Source: Octopus bimaculoides
Taxonomy: Eukaryota
NCBI RefSeq assembly: GCF_001194135.2
Contig: NC_068981.1
Location: 188,631,045-188,694,784 of the forward strand
Reading direction: 5' to 3'
Length of the DNA: 63,740 bases
Positions 25,432 through 39,483 of this stretch are shown piece after piece. Position numbers and translations under genes: made by a program. Position 1 is the stretch's first letter, and the number at the start of each line of letters is the position of its first letter. The notes below the pieces were generated by a model. That model did no database searches. It saw only the letters and a program-made list of their open reading frames with translations, and had not been told where the DNA came from.

Positions 25432-25616
25432 TTAATTCTTTTGATGCCAACCCACCTGTGGCCTGCCCTGATTTTTTGGAACAAACTTTTTGTTTTCAAG
25501 TGATCTCCATCGAATTTTATGCTGATTTTTATTTCAAACACCAGCTCAATAAGAAAAAAGGTTATTTTACTAAATTTTACCGTACATTTCAACGGAAATA
25601 TGGTAATGAAAGGGAT
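25432..25616. mobile_element. Diverged piggyBac-type MITE, same family as 50635-50839
   Basis: TTAATTCTTTTGATGCCAACCCACCTG start and GTTATTTTACTAAATT..AAATATGGTAATGAAAGGG end match the 50.6-kb copy. Confidence 0.65.
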
Positions 25617-26100
25617 GCACAGATTTGTAACATATCAATCATAAAATATAATGATTAACTCCTTTTTAGAAACCAAATTATGTATCTGCCAAGAAACTAG
25701 TTATGTATGCATTGTAGTTGATAAATTTGCTCCAGCCTGTGCTTCACGTGTTGAACTAGTAACTACATGGTCATAAATTCAGATCTTACACTTATCACCG
25801 AGTTGGGCTCATGAGAAAAGGTATCTAACCACACCTGACACAGAAGAGGGTCTATGTGAGAGTTTGATAAATTCAGTTGTCACACAAAGCATAAAAAGTA
25901 ACTTTGTTATCTGAGAGTAACAGTGAGAGGCAAGTTTTGTAAAAGTGTGAAGAAGTATAAAAAAAAAAAAAAGAAAAAAAAAGGCTCCACTTTGTGGCTG
26001 AGTGACCAGTTTGACAACTGACCCAGCTGGTAAATCATCCTATACATGTAAGCATGGAAAAATAGATATAAAACAATAAAAAGCTTAACTATACACACAC

Positions 26101-26155
26101 ACGCACGTGTGCTCGCACACACGCACGTGTGCTCGCACACACGCACGTGTGCTCG

Positions 26156-26160
<5 letters not shown>
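26101..26160. repeat. Perfect 20-bp tandem repeat x3 (ACGCACGTGTGCTCGCACAC)
   Basis: Three identical units embedded in (CA)n. Confidence 0.95.
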
Positions 26161-26215
<55 letters not shown>

Positions 26216-28895
26216 ATTTTTAAAAAATAGTTTAAAGATGAGAAATACAATCTTGATATTGATTAGAGACATATGGTGTTATTCACACATTTCATTAGTT
26301 TCTTACAATAAAACAGTTTCTAAAAAATGATGTAATTTGGATTGGATATTTTCTAATGTAGGTTGTCACTAGAATCTTTAAAATTACTGCTTTATCATTT
26401 ATTTTATGCTTGCAAGTGTTGCAGAGATAAGTTTATTCCAAGAACTTACTTTATTATTGCTATTTTTGTTTTTTTTATTTCCCAGTAACTAGTTGTTATT
26501 TTTAAGGCTGACTATTTTTGTCAGAAAATACACTGACTGTTTTCACCAGAACCTCTCCCTATTAGAAGTGACTTCATTGGCTGAAATCTCTAGTTCCTTG
26601 GCTTTTACTTGACTCACTAGTTTCCCAAGCAAAGGCATTATTGTATTGTCTGATTAAGGATATAGTTTAATTCTCAATGATTCTTCATTATGTTCTGTCT
26701 GCATTTAGCAAGTCATAGCAGTAATTATTTAGATTTGTTAATCCTACTATTTGCCTTTCAGCTTCTATTTTAAATTCTTCAAAATGATTCATAACATTTC
26801 ATATTTTAATTTCTATCATATCTCAATTTTTACTCAATAATCTTTTTTTTTTTTAAGTATTACTTAATAAGAAACTTTTCCATCAATTCATGTCTTGGGA
26901 AAACATTAATTGAATCTAATGTTAATTTTAAAAATCATGGCTGTATGTTAGATTAATATTTATTAAATGATAATGTGTAGAAAAGTCTAAATGACTTTAT
27001 GTACAATCAAAATGGTTTATATTTTTTAAACTTATGTTTATATCATATCACTAATCCTCTGCTGTGCCTGGCTCAAAGCTCTTTAAGACCATTCTTTATT
27101 CTCAGTAAACTAATTTTTAATTTGAGTCAATTTAAATAACTTTTTTTTAATGGATAAATTCATGTTAGAGTAAAGCAATAATTCTGATATTTATAATTAT
27201 GTAAGAAAGAAAAATATTTCTGGTATTTACAACCACTAGGTGCAGATAAACCTATGATAATAAAATACTTATTTTACTTAAATTGTTGTTTTCTTAACAA
27301 TTCCTTTCTAAAGTGTGCAAGTTTAAAAACTTGTTAAAAATTTAGGACCCTCATTTAGAAAGGATTAAATATCTTGTAATCCCCTGATTCTGGATATCTT
27401 TAAAAAAAATAATAAAAAAGCAAAACAAATCACAACTATTTTCCAAAATTACTCTAATCTTTAGGTACTAATCTAATTATACTGGAAATACAAAAGAAAA
27501 TTTAAAAATCAAAAGTAAAGAACATATATTCTGTGTATTACATTTACAAAACATTAACATAGTTTACATTCTTGCCTACTTTTCCATTTTGTTCTCTACT
27601 ACCTGCTAGATTATTTAAACATATTTAGAAATTTTAAACTAATTATTGTTTGTATTTTGATAGAGCTTATATCCTTCTATACTCATTTTATAGTATTTTC
27701 TTTAAACCCTATACTATTTCTACATGGTTTAATAACAGATGTTTATTTTTGTGGTCTGAAATTCTTAATCAAAGATAGTCTTGTTAAAAGTAATAATGAC
27801 TGTTTGGTAAATGTCTCATGTCAGTAGACTAGATTACACTTTGTAAATCACTAGTTAAATAGTTTCCTTTTAACATAGTCTTTTATAGATGCCCTCAGTT
27901 GTTGCTTCCGAATAAATGATAGCAGCTCTGAAAGTCCTGGGTGGAATACTATTTCAGAAAGAAGACAGTAAGATACTCTAGATGTAAAAGAATGAGAGGG
28001 AGAAAGACAGAGAAGAAGAATGGAAGAAAACTGGCAGCTGCTGTTTATGTATCTGCCTGGTTATCAAGGCTTGCTTGCTGGCTGGCTGGCTGGCTGGCTA
28101 TGGATTTGCCTCTTTCCTCCATAGCTTCACTCATCAATATATACTGGTTTGTAGTTTGACTGTGACAGCCTGTGTGACAATACATACACAACTGGATCAT
28201 TTGTCACATTTTCCCTTTTTTTTTTCTATTTTTTTTTCTCCCACTAGAGTTTGGGAACAAATTTTCTCCCCAAATGTGTGAAATGTAAACAATTCCAGAC
28301 ATTTACTCACCAATACAAACGCTATTTATTTATTTACTTATTTATTTATTTGTGTATAGTGTAATTCCTATTGCAGTTACTTTTGTTCCTCACTTTCTTC
28401 TTCTCTCCTTCCAACACACATGGCTGTAGTGCTGTACTAGCTACTCATTCTTCAGCACTAAGCTGGTGACACCTATATGTTCAGTGTAACATAAACCATG
28501 GGGCCTTCAAATTGTGTATTAGAAAATGTACTCATGGCCAAATAGTCAGTTGGTTGTCATGGTTGCATTTCAGGAATTACCATTTTTAAAGAATTCATTT
28601 ACTAGAAAATCACCCTTCTTTCTCTAATACTATGTGAAGGAATTCACAGAATACATTGTTATCCTTGTTCCTATCCATACTGTTGATTTTTTTTTTCTTT
28701 ATTCTTTCATGTCATGGAAATATGTGAAATCTAAATATTATCATGTGAATATTTTGTTAAAAAAATTACAAACACCTGGAAAATTTCACCATGTCAACAA
28801 AACCCCAATTCAACATAGCGTACAAGTAAGGATTTTACTGAGATCAAAAGGTTGTGCGAATCTTGAGATTTTTTACCATTCTCAAATGCTTCCAG

Positions 28896-29010
28896 CTGGT
28901 CAAATTTGTTATAATGGATACGAAAAGTAAAACAGACAGGCCACGGATATATGTATCTAACAAGACAAACCGTGTTGTCCTTTTATTTCCAAATGGGGAA
29001 ATGGTTGAAG
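28896..29010 (+). CDS. Candidate host coding exon (unidentified protein, ubiquitin-like-fold-type motif)
   Basis: Acceptor ..CTCAAATGCTTCCAG|, open frame LVKFVIMDTKSKTDRPRIYVSNKTNRVVLLFPNGEMVE (ATG at 28914), donor GAAG|GTAGGA. Non-repetitive sequence. No partner exon identified. Confidence 0.35.
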
Positions 29011-29289
29011 GTAGGAATCCTTAAATTATTATAAATCTCAAAATATGAACAGCCGTATTGTTTATAATATACATGATTTGATTTACTTATCTCTTTATAC
29101 ATCTCTATCTTTCTATATCATGATCTATCTACGTACATACCTTTTTGGTACACCTGCCTATCTGTATACTTATCTATCTATTTATCTACATACCTGTTTA
29201 TATATCTGTCTATATAATAGCCTGTCTATTAATCAAATAAATGCACAAATATATATAACATGCATATGTGAATGTGTGTGTTAATATGT

Positions 29290-29387
29290 CAGCACAAGTA
29301 TAAATATATATATACATACAGACATACATACATATAGATAGTGTCAGTGTATGCACACAGATATACACATACACATACTATACACAG

Positions 29388-29468
<81 letters not shown>

Positions 29469-29950
29469 TACACACACGTGTGTGTATGTGTGTGTGTGTT
29501 TGTACAAATATATACATAGCTGTACATGTACATATATACGTATGTATATATAGGTACATCTATGTATATATTAGTGCTTATATGCATTTGGTATGTATAT
29601 GCATATGTGTATACCTATTTATCTATCTATCTATCTATCAATCAGTTTATACACACACACAAATGTATATATATGTATATATGTATGTATATGTGTGTCT
29701 GTGTATGTGTATATATATGTGTGTGTGTGTCTGCATGTGAGTGTATATATATATATATATATATGTGTATACAGAGAAATATAGATTTATGTGTATGTGC
29801 ATGTGTATATGTGTGTGTGCAAATATATACATATATATATAGGTATATATTTGTGTGTGTACATGTGTATGTATGTGTGTGTGTATGTGTACACATATGC
29901 ACACACACAAACAGAAAGTATGAGAGAGAGAGAGAGAGAGAGAGAGAGTA
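29290..29950. repeat. Compound microsatellite tract (TA, CA/TG, TATC, GA)
   Basis: Source of the YIYI/CVCV ORFs. Confidence 0.97.
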
Positions 29951-30994
29951 ACTTTTGCCAAGACTTATCCTGCTGTTTGTAGTTCAACTGCAACAGGTGG
30001 ATTGAAGTATAGCAGTATTTATCTTGCATTTTCATTATTTTTTAATAGAAAAATTTTAAATACATTTGGTCTTAGTTTGAAATAAACTTTTGTTTAACAT
30101 CTTCGTAATGTGTTTCACTGCAAAAACAAATGCATAAATTTATAAAATTATCAATACAATCTTCCTGAAATAATTAAGGAAGGAAGCTTTGTAAAATGTT
30201 GCCGGCTACCTGAGCTGGATCTTATCAGCAAGTTCTAGAGCATTAAGTATTTGGGAGATCTGTCTCTCCTTAAGCAGGCAGATAATTAATTGCTGTTGAT
30301 TTTTTTTTTAAAGCAACTGATTTAGTAATATTTGAACTTAAGGCCATCGACAAGCAAACTGCTAAGTCAAATATTCTGTCAAGATAATATCTATCAAAGT
30401 TTCGCTATTCATTTATTTGATCTAGAACTTATTTTCTTGATTTCTAAATTATGAAGGATTATATCACCCTAAGCAAAGTTTGAACCAAACAACTGTAGAG
30501 TCTAAACTCATTAACAACAAGTGTCTTTATCTCTGCTTACTTGGCTACCTTTGTCAATTGGTAGCTGCTCTATGATGTCATACTGACTCTAGAAGGATGT
30601 ACTGTAATGCTTCATATTCCTTTCTTTAGCTAAGCATAAACTAGGGATTCTCAGGGAAGTGGGAAAATAAGAATTTGGGTATCCAGGTATTTTCCAAACA
30701 TAGTGAGACACACACTAATGGAAATGGTCCCAAACAAGGACCCAAACCAAATTGCATACTTAAACTGCTAAAAGCACCTCCATTTCTCTACATTACTTAT
30801 CTTCAATTTGTACTGCATAATTTCTATGAACATTTAAATTAATAATATCTTTGTTTTTACAGAAAATTAATTTCTTTCATTGATTTTTTTTCATATATAT
30901 ATATATAACTTTTATAAGTAATATTCTAAAAAAATATGTAACTGAACTTATATTGAGTGCTCTATTTTTTGAGCAAATAAATATATATATATAT

Positions 30995-31129
30995 GTGTGT
31001 TTTTATATTATTAATAAATTTATAAACTTATCAATAATATTCTCAGGAAATCAATATTATCTTTAGAAATATTAAATATTGATTTCCTGAGAATATTATT
31101 GATAAGTTTATGAATTTATTAATAATATA

Positions 31130-31138
<9 letters not shown>
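30995..31138. repeat. Long foldback: ~64-bp arms, 16-nt loop
   Basis: 30995-31058 is the reverse complement of 31075-31138 with 1 mismatch; loop ATCTTTAGAAATATTA; bounded by (TG)n/(CA)n. Confidence 0.93.
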
Positions 31139-31197
<59 letters not shown>

Positions 31198-34035
31198 AAT
31201 ATAAATAGGTTACTTTTTAAACAATTATTCTTTGATCTATTAAGCTATGTCTTTTGTTCTGAAATTGGAATATTTCCTCTTATCAGTTTCATTTCTTTCT
31301 TTTCTTCTCCTTATAACAGTCATTCACTGAGTGACCTCTCTCTCTCTTCTTCCTTCATTTCTCTTCTTTTTTCTTTTGTTTTCTTCTTTCAGACATATTT
31401 ATATTACACACATGGAAAAAGGATACTTTCAATGTTTTGATAAAATTACAGCATTTTGCGTTTTATTTCTTTTGATGGATTTTTAAAATGTTTTGCTTAA
31501 GTTTCATAGAACTTGAGCAAATGCTTTAAACTCTACAAAATATTTGGTCAACTAAAGAATTTTTTGACTTCAGTTGCATTTTCCCATTATTTCTATTTTC
31601 ATGTTTTTATTTAGAGCATAATTATTTACAATATAAATATATTGTTACCAGATATTAGCTGAAATAAACTTTTTATTTCATTTTCATTTTATGCCAACTT
31701 AGTGTTTAAAAGTAATAACAAGTTAAAGTTCTCTTTATTTGATGCAGACTTTTCCAGTTTACTGATTTTTTCTGATTCTCAAAGATTTATATTAAATGAC
31801 GGAGTACTAATATAAGATAAGTTTGTTTTTTTTCCTTAGAACAAGGACCGTCTCTTCTGTATTACACATGGTTCTTTGTTCAACATTTAAAAAAAAATCC
31901 CAGTCAGAGACAAACAAGATATTGTATGTGTGTGTGTGTGTGTGTGTATGTGTGTGCGTACACGCGTATACATGTGCGCATGCGTGCAGGGAAAAAATAA
32001 AGTTCTATTAATGGCTAGGTGAATATTATTTTAGTTATTTTCATAGATGTAAACAATTGCTTAGGATATTTTTAGCTATTTATATACAAACACATTTTTT
32101 TTAGTTTTAAAAATTTACCTATTTTCTTCAATTTCATTAAGATGCGAAATAATGATCTACTTTATTAAGATGTTCAACTTTTGTTAGCCTCTGCTATCAC
32201 AAATATTTCTTTTATTATGTAATACTTATCATTAAAGACTTTTTACCTGGGGTTCTAATTTAAATAATTAAAAAGCTATTATTAATAATAGTGTAATTGA
32301 TTTTTTTTAATTGCACTGTTTGCTTTTAAATTTTCATTTATCTCTCTTTAAAGAACACACAGCACCATAAGCTTACATTAAAAGTAAAATTCATTGTAGC
32401 CATATGGTTCAAATGGGTTGCATTATGTTGATAACAGTAACAGGTCAAGTAATTTGTACAATATATAATACATTGGTTTTATTTTTCATCAACAATAGTT
32501 CACCTAGCATGTATGGAGGATAATTTACCATGTATACAATAAAAACCAATAAAAACAAAACATGTGTATACACTGAGAACATTAAAATAGATTTATGTAA
32601 AGAAAATAGCTTTATTGGGACACAGATCATTAATATCACCTATTTGTAACATCAAATTGATTAGGAACAAAAATCAGAAATCAATTATTACTCACATTAA
32701 AATATCCCTTCCATATGTTTTTTCAACAATTCCTGATCAAAAGTATTTAGTCTTTTTTTTTTTTTTCTTTTGTAATAATGGAAAAGGAAACTATTAATTG
32801 AATATATCAAATTGTAACCAAGGTAATGATTAATGCATATACAATACCCCATTGTAAATATTACATGCAACATATACATAGCACACATCTTTAAAATTTT
32901 TCATAAAGAAATTATGTTATAACCAAATAGTTTTGAAAGAAATAATAATGATAAAAATCAAGATGAAGATTTCTTTTGAAGTAAGCTAGACGTAGAAGCA
33001 GAACTCTTCTTGTAGCCAATATTAATACCAAATTAGCATTATTAATGAAACAATTCTATCTAAAACTACTTTTAATTTTCTCCCCCCCCCTCTCTATATA
33101 TATAGAGAGAGAGAGAAAGAGAGAGGGGTGTATCATTACATGGAACTTTTTGTCTTATTGTGTTAATGGTACAGTTACTGGTTTTAACAGATTTTAAAAC
33201 ATTACTTTAAAACTAAGTGCTCCAGTAATTCATTTCCACGTGGGGAGATTTGATCTCAACACAATAAATTATCAAATTACTCATCTCTTTCTAGCTAACT
33301 CAGTAATCTCTTGCTTTTATTTGCCTTGCTAGGGAAATTAGTGAGTTGCCTATGACATAATATATTGTCCATTGAGCAATTGCATTTCCTTAAATAACAA
33401 ATAAGATTACGTTTATTGCTCATCATCATTTGGTTTAAATCCAGATACATTATGTTTTTCTAAAGGCATTTAGTCCTTGTTAACTTAATCTTTTGCGTTG
33501 GAACATTAGTACTGATTCCATTTTATCAAAGAAGATTCGCTCTTGTAAGATTTGACTACGAAATAGTGTTGATATAACTATGAAATTGTTACGTCTATGT
33601 CATTAGATAACTAAAACTTGTTTAATGAAAACTGAAATAGAAAAGTGAATGCAAAATAAGATAATAAAGTGAAAGATAATTGCTTAAAATTCTTATAATT
33701 AAAAGCATGTTTAATTTTGTGACCACTAAAGATCTAATAAGTATGTAAATAGGAAATGCTTTAAATTAATTGATGAGAAAATAATAATGGTGTAGTGTGT
33801 GTTTGTATTTTATTCAATTCAACTGTGAAATTTCTCTACACTCATTAGTATATTTGACTTCATTATTATATTTTCAAATAATAATGTGTCTTTGTGCCAA
33901 ATTTCTACATATTACATATCCTTGAATTAGTATTGAACGGCTAAATATCTATTGTAAAACAGGGGATTTTGATGTCTTATAGTCTATTGTTGTTCATGAA
34001 TTTGTCTCGTTATCTAATATCAGCTCCTATTAGAG

Positions 34036-34271
34036 TAATAGTTCTCAACTGGCAGCCACGTGGCCCTTGGGTGTCCATAAAAGGCTTTGTTGTTAAAATT
34101 CATGTGCAATAAATTGGTTATACTTCTACAATACACCAAATATTTTTTTTATACAATTTCTAATAATAGCTAATCATAAAAACATAATAGGATGTTTTAA
34201 ACATCAAATGACCATGGAAGTCCACCTGAGAAAAATAGGAATCAAAGGTAAAAAGTGGTTGAGAACCACTG
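34036..34271. mobile_element. hAT-Charlie-type MITE
   Basis: Right TIR GTTGAGAACCACTG, decayed left TIR TAATAGTTCTCAAC; 8-bp TSD TATTAGAG / CCTTAGAG (6/8). Confidence 0.75.
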
Positions 34272-36244
34272 CCTTAGAGATTCTCTGAGCATCCATTACT
34301 AGCCAGTGAGTACAATAAGTGAAGCAAGGTAAAAATGTTCACAGTTACCACAAGGAAAAATATGTGGAATCCGACTATTATACATGGCTCCTGATCAAAA
34401 ATGGACTACAATTCTGCACAGTAGTTCATCTTAATCTGTGCTCTCCTATGTTCTAATTCTGATGTTGGATTTATTTGAGACCACTCTGTACTAGTATCTT
34501 TAGCAGTAAACTGTTGCTATCAGAGATCCACAGAGATTTCCTTGTTGGATCATCTTTATCCAAATTTCTTGACAGAAATTGGTTTGCAGAAAATGAAACA
34601 AGCATCAGCTATTTTGACCTCCTCAGTATGAGAAGAGCCTATAAAGTATGGAGTTTTAAGTTTAGTCTAATTGCATGGCCCCTTGAATATTATTTTCTAC
34701 CATAACTTTGTGAATTGTTACCACCTGTCTCTTGAGTGCCTTTAATGGAGTCCACCCTTCCAAAAAGTCTTCAGTACCCTATGTTCCATTTTGTGTCAGC
34801 TTATGCCCCAATATTATGCATAAAAGGCAATAGTTACCCATATAAACATCTCTAATTCAATTATTTCCTTACATGAGGCTTCAAGTTTCAAGCTTTGGTG
34901 CTTTCAAGAGGGTGTTCAAGGAGAATCTGCCGTAGCATTTGATCCTTAGAACTGCTTCAAACTTTGTTACACAGACTTTTATTTTGCAAATTCTGTCTTT
35001 ACTTGCTTTTAAATATGGCAACATGGAGTTCTTTAATTTCTTGATTTTACAAATATTTCCACGCTTTTTTATTAAGATTAAATACGATAGATCAAATAAT
35101 AACAATTCTTCTCCTTTGTGTTAGCAAAGCTTTTCAAACTTTAAAATGAAAAAAATAGTTAGAGGCATATAAACATAAATATACAAACATGCAAATGTGT
35201 GTATATTCAATTTTTATTGTTACAAATTTCTTTATAAATAAATTGGTTCATTGACACAATTAGTATTTAGCTGTGTACCATTATGCTTTGAGTTCAAATC
35301 CTGCATAAGTTGATTCTGTTTTTCAGTGTTCAAGATAGGTATTAGTTGAATACTGTAACTCTTTTATTGTTAACTTCTTTTAGTCAATAGGTTGTCACTG
35401 GTGATGGTGGGGGTACTGTTTTGCAGGGTTTAGTGAAATAAATCAGCCCTAGTACTTATCTATGATCTTTGATACTTATTTTTATCAGTCTCTTTTGCTA
35501 AACTGTTGAATTACAGGGATATAAACACACCCATGCTAGTTGTCAAGGAATAGCGGGGGGGAAAATCACAAATGCACACACACACACACACGCATAGAAG
35601 AAGAAGAACAACAACAGGCTTGATCAAGTTTGACGTTACATCTGTCTCCCAAAATATGTGGCCTTCTGCCAAAGCTAGAAATCGTTGTTGTTGTTGTTGA
35701 TAGATAATATTTTACGCTTTACATTCTCAGCAAATTAAATATTTAATTCAGCTTGGGAGTGGAAACAATTTTACTTTCAACACAAATGTTCTTTTATTAA
35801 TAAACAAACGCTACAAGTTAGCACTTCCTTTGAGTGTCATACGTAAAATGATCTCAGCAGGGTACACTGTGCTATCCTTCTGTCTTAGGTTGATGAAAAT
35901 AAGTATTAACAACGTTCAGATGATTCAATCAGTTATGCCTTATCTTAGAAAGGAGTGGGAGGCATAATGCTGAAGTAAGACATCCTCTTCTCTCCCTCTT
36001 CCTTATCATCACCATCACCATCACCATCGTTATAATTATTTATTATGCAAGCAAAAAAAAGGGAAGAGAGGCAACATTCAATTATATCAACTTCAGTACT
36101 TGACTGATATTTGATGGAAAAAAAAAAATCAAAATAAGAAACATCATCATCATCATCATCCTTCTTCTTCTTCTTGCTACTACTGCTGCTACTACTGCTA
36201 CTACTACTACTATTATTATTGTTATTATTTCTTTCATTCACTCA

Positions 36245-36640
36245 GCATTTTGTTGTTATTCTGCCGGTATTGGATTGCTAGTTAGCAAGCTGCATCCTGC
36301 AGACTTAGTTATGTTGCACCTTTCTTATGGTTCTTGCTGTGCCAAGGAAATAGACTTTCTGTAGAGTCAGGAAATTCACCTCGATATCCAACATCTTCAA
36401 CCAATGATTTACACTTCTCATGACTGTTCCAAAGGTTCATATTACAATTACGATAACGACAACTTTACAGTTATTCCAGATTCTCTGAAGTTCAAATTTT
36501 AGGTCCTGGTATTTTTCACATTCTTCGCCTACCATTCTTGTATTAAAGAAGCATTGATTAAGCAATACGTTCTTTCTTCTTTATTGAGTATGGCACTATC
36601 AGGTTGTGAATGTGTTACTTGCCTATCACTTTGAAATTCC
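36245..36640 (-). mobile_element. R4/Dong-clade LINE 3' end (restriction-like endonuclease)
   Basis: QPDSAILNKEERT..CEKYQDLKFELQRIWNNCKVVVIVIVI*TFGTV..WLKMLDIEVNFLTLQKVYFLGTARTIRKV; the 3' end runs into a trinucleotide microsatellite. Confidence 0.88.
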
Positions 36641-36787
36641 TCCCCCTCCCCCTTTTGTTGTTGTTGTTGTTATCATTTTACTTCTCAGAGCTCTTGGTCT
36701 TACCTACTCTGGTTGATTCTGTGAGAGTGGACAGCAGCCTGTTGTCAGAGGGTCTCTTTCTGCAAATTATTACAATTATTATTATTA

Positions 36788-37294
36788 CTGACTGAGAGAG
36801 AAGCACACACCATCAAAGTGGTGCTGGGGTACAAATATATGAAGCTCAATAGACCCATCATGACTGCTTGTCTGATAAGGGTACACAAGGCACATGCATC
36901 ACAACCATACATGCATGATATGGTGATCTCATATCAAGATAAATAACGCATGACCTTGAAGGCAGGGTCCAGCTAGAGTTTTCTTCAGGTCAAGCAACCC
37001 ATCCTGCTCAAAATATCTCTGAGTAAGGGTTGTTTAAGGGTGATGAATGAAACACTCATGCTTCCAGTGGTGAATTATTCAAATCACAAAGAATTCCTCT
37101 CAACACATGGCTACGATGCACCCCTACTACTTCTGCTCATGATCAAAGATGCACATATAGTCAGTCACTAAGAGACATGCTCAGCTGGTTATGGTCAAGC
37201 AACTGACAAGCAAATATGCAATGCTGAGTGCAATATTTGCTGTAGCCCATCTTTTACACCAAGACAAAACATATCCATGATAACACTTCCAATC
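36788..37294 (-). mobile_element. ~540-bp non-coding element in (AAT)n, copy 1
   Basis: Aligns along its length with 48769-49322 and, in reverse, 59710-60268. Confidence 0.9.
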
Positions 37295-37364
37295 AGTTAA
37301 GATCAGAAGCCATGTTGTTGTTGTTCTTCTTTTTGTTCTTCTTCTTCTTCTTCTTCTTATCATC

Positions 37365-37922
37365 ATCATGGCTTTTGCTTTGTATTTGTACAAGATGACT
37401 TAAGAGACAGCAAGTTAGAAGTTCAAGTTGGTGTTATGACTAGGGTGCCATATTTTTGGTTTTGCACACAGTATTATTCTAGAGAATGTCTGTCAAAACA
37501 TAAGAAAATCAGAAGTTTGTTTTTAAAGTAATTTGATGATAAGATGACAGTAGAAGGTGTTTGCTATTATGTAAATTTAAAAGTACTTTTGATAATGTTT
37601 ACAAATTAAAATGTTTTTTGAATTATATAGACAATGTTTTTTGTAGGATATGAGCAGTTTCCATGAGGACTATTTTATGAATTTTTTTCCATGTTTAGCT
37701 TTCTTGGATTTCTAGGTAACAACCAACCCCCTTTGCTATCATTCCTAGAGCACCAATGACAACAAGGATTGTTTTAGTCTTGGGGCTCCACATTTTGCCA
37801 ATTTCTATTTCAAAATCTTGATATTTGCTCAGATTTTGGTAGGTCTTGACAGATACATTTATGTCGATTGTGACAGTCAAATTAATAAAGAGGCATGATT
37901 TTTGGATATTTGCCATTGAGAG
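37365..37922 (-). mobile_element. R4/Dong-clade LINE 3' end, second subfamily
   Basis: QKSCLFINLTVTIDINVSVKTYQNLSKYQDFEIEIGKMWSPKTKTILVVIGALGMIAKG..IVLMETAHILQKTLSI*. Confidence 0.88.
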
Positions 37923-37949
37923 GTTTATTATTATTATTATTATTATTTT

Positions 37950-38345
37950 CTTTGTTAGTTTCTATTGCACCACCTGGGGCACCTCCATGTTCCTGAGGTC
38001 TGGGCTGTGTTATGTTCTTATTTTTATGGGCATTTTTGTAGACTCATCAATTTGCTTTACTATGGAGTTTAGTTTCTTATTATATTCATGTTCATTCTGT
38101 TGCATGTGTAATGTGAATTGTGTTATTTTGTTGAGCTTTAATCTTGTACAGTATATGTTGTGTGAGCTGTGTTGTTTTAGATTATTAGGTGCTTATTGTA
38201 TAGGGTGTGGGTTGTATGTGGTGATTGTTGCATTTGATCTATTCTGTCTTGTGCAAGATAAGGGCTGTTCCTAGCAGAGCTATCTTTTAGGCAGCATGTA
38301 GTGTTGCGGGCCCTAGTATGGCTTCTATATTTTTTTTCATATTTT
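37950..38345 (-). mobile_element. R4/Dong-clade LINE 3' end, third subfamily
   Basis: LHAA*KIALLGTALILHKT followed by a 3' UTR ending in (AAT)n. Confidence 0.7.
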
Positions 38346-39483
38346 TTTAAATCATGCCTACTGCTTCAGTTACAAGTGATATTGTTTTTACCTTCATACT
38401 CCACATTTTGAATTATCGGTGTCATCATTATTATTTGCTGCTGACATCTTATCAGATGTGGAAAAAATCTTGATCTGAGACTACTTGATGTTTTACAAGT
38501 GCAACTGAAGGAAATAATTTTCATTTTGGATTTCTTTCCACATAAGGACCTTTACTGAACATTTCAAAAGTTCCATCCACTATTGAGATTAGACAGCAAC
38601 ATTGATTTATTTTAAAATATTACTTTTCATTTTATTTTACTATCTAATATCAAGGCAAGAAATATGGCTTCATCTTTCCTTAGATCCACCCACACCGCCA
38701 GAGAGATCACAGGGAACAATGCAAAGCAACTGCTAAACAACAGAAAACAAAATGTAAAACATATTAATGAACACAAAAAAATTCAATACCAGAAAATGAA
38801 AAAAAACAAACAACAACAACACTCCCGTAGAAAGATACAGAATAATAAACAACATGTTTGAGGATGACAGCAACAGTAGTTCTGCTTGCACGTTCTTCAA
38901 CAAACATAAATTTCAGAGATGAAAAGCTAACATTCGTAAACATTCTTTAACAAAAAATATTTAGATACTTAAAAACATTCACTGAATGAACCAAAGCTTG
39001 GCAGCTTTTTGTACACAAGACTGGTGCCAATCTACCATTATCCATCAGACAGGTTCGTGAAAGGAGAAAGGTAACTTGCCTGTGCTTTACTGAGGCCATT
39101 GGAGCTTTTATCCTTTCATCCATGGCAGACATGGAGATGGTCCAGGCAGATATTTTAAGTGAAATTTTCTTCTACTGGATGGAGAGGGGAAGAGAGTGCT
39201 ACATGTATCATCTTTGAAACAAGTATGAGGCAAGTGCAAGCCCAAATTGAATGTGGCACATATTCAAGCTCATAAGCTGGTCCTGCCATATTTAGTAAAG
39301 AGGAAAATGAATTGCCATCAAAGGCATAACTGATGATGTTAACCCTGGTCAGTTGTCACCTTTGTGACACGATATGGGTGGGTGGTCAGTGCAGACTTTT
39401 AGCAGTATGAAGTTCGGTGAGAATCACTGTAGACATGCAAGTCTTCCTGACCATACCAAGACTACAAAACAGTTAAGAACTAT

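Noticed and set aside
31275-31295. TCTTATCAGTTT similarity to U2 snRNA
   Set aside because: Only about 12 nt match; the rest of U2 is absent.
34475-35124. ORFs of 61-76 aa in non-repetitive sequence
   Set aside because: No recognisable motifs or consistent splice signals; of a length expected by chance.
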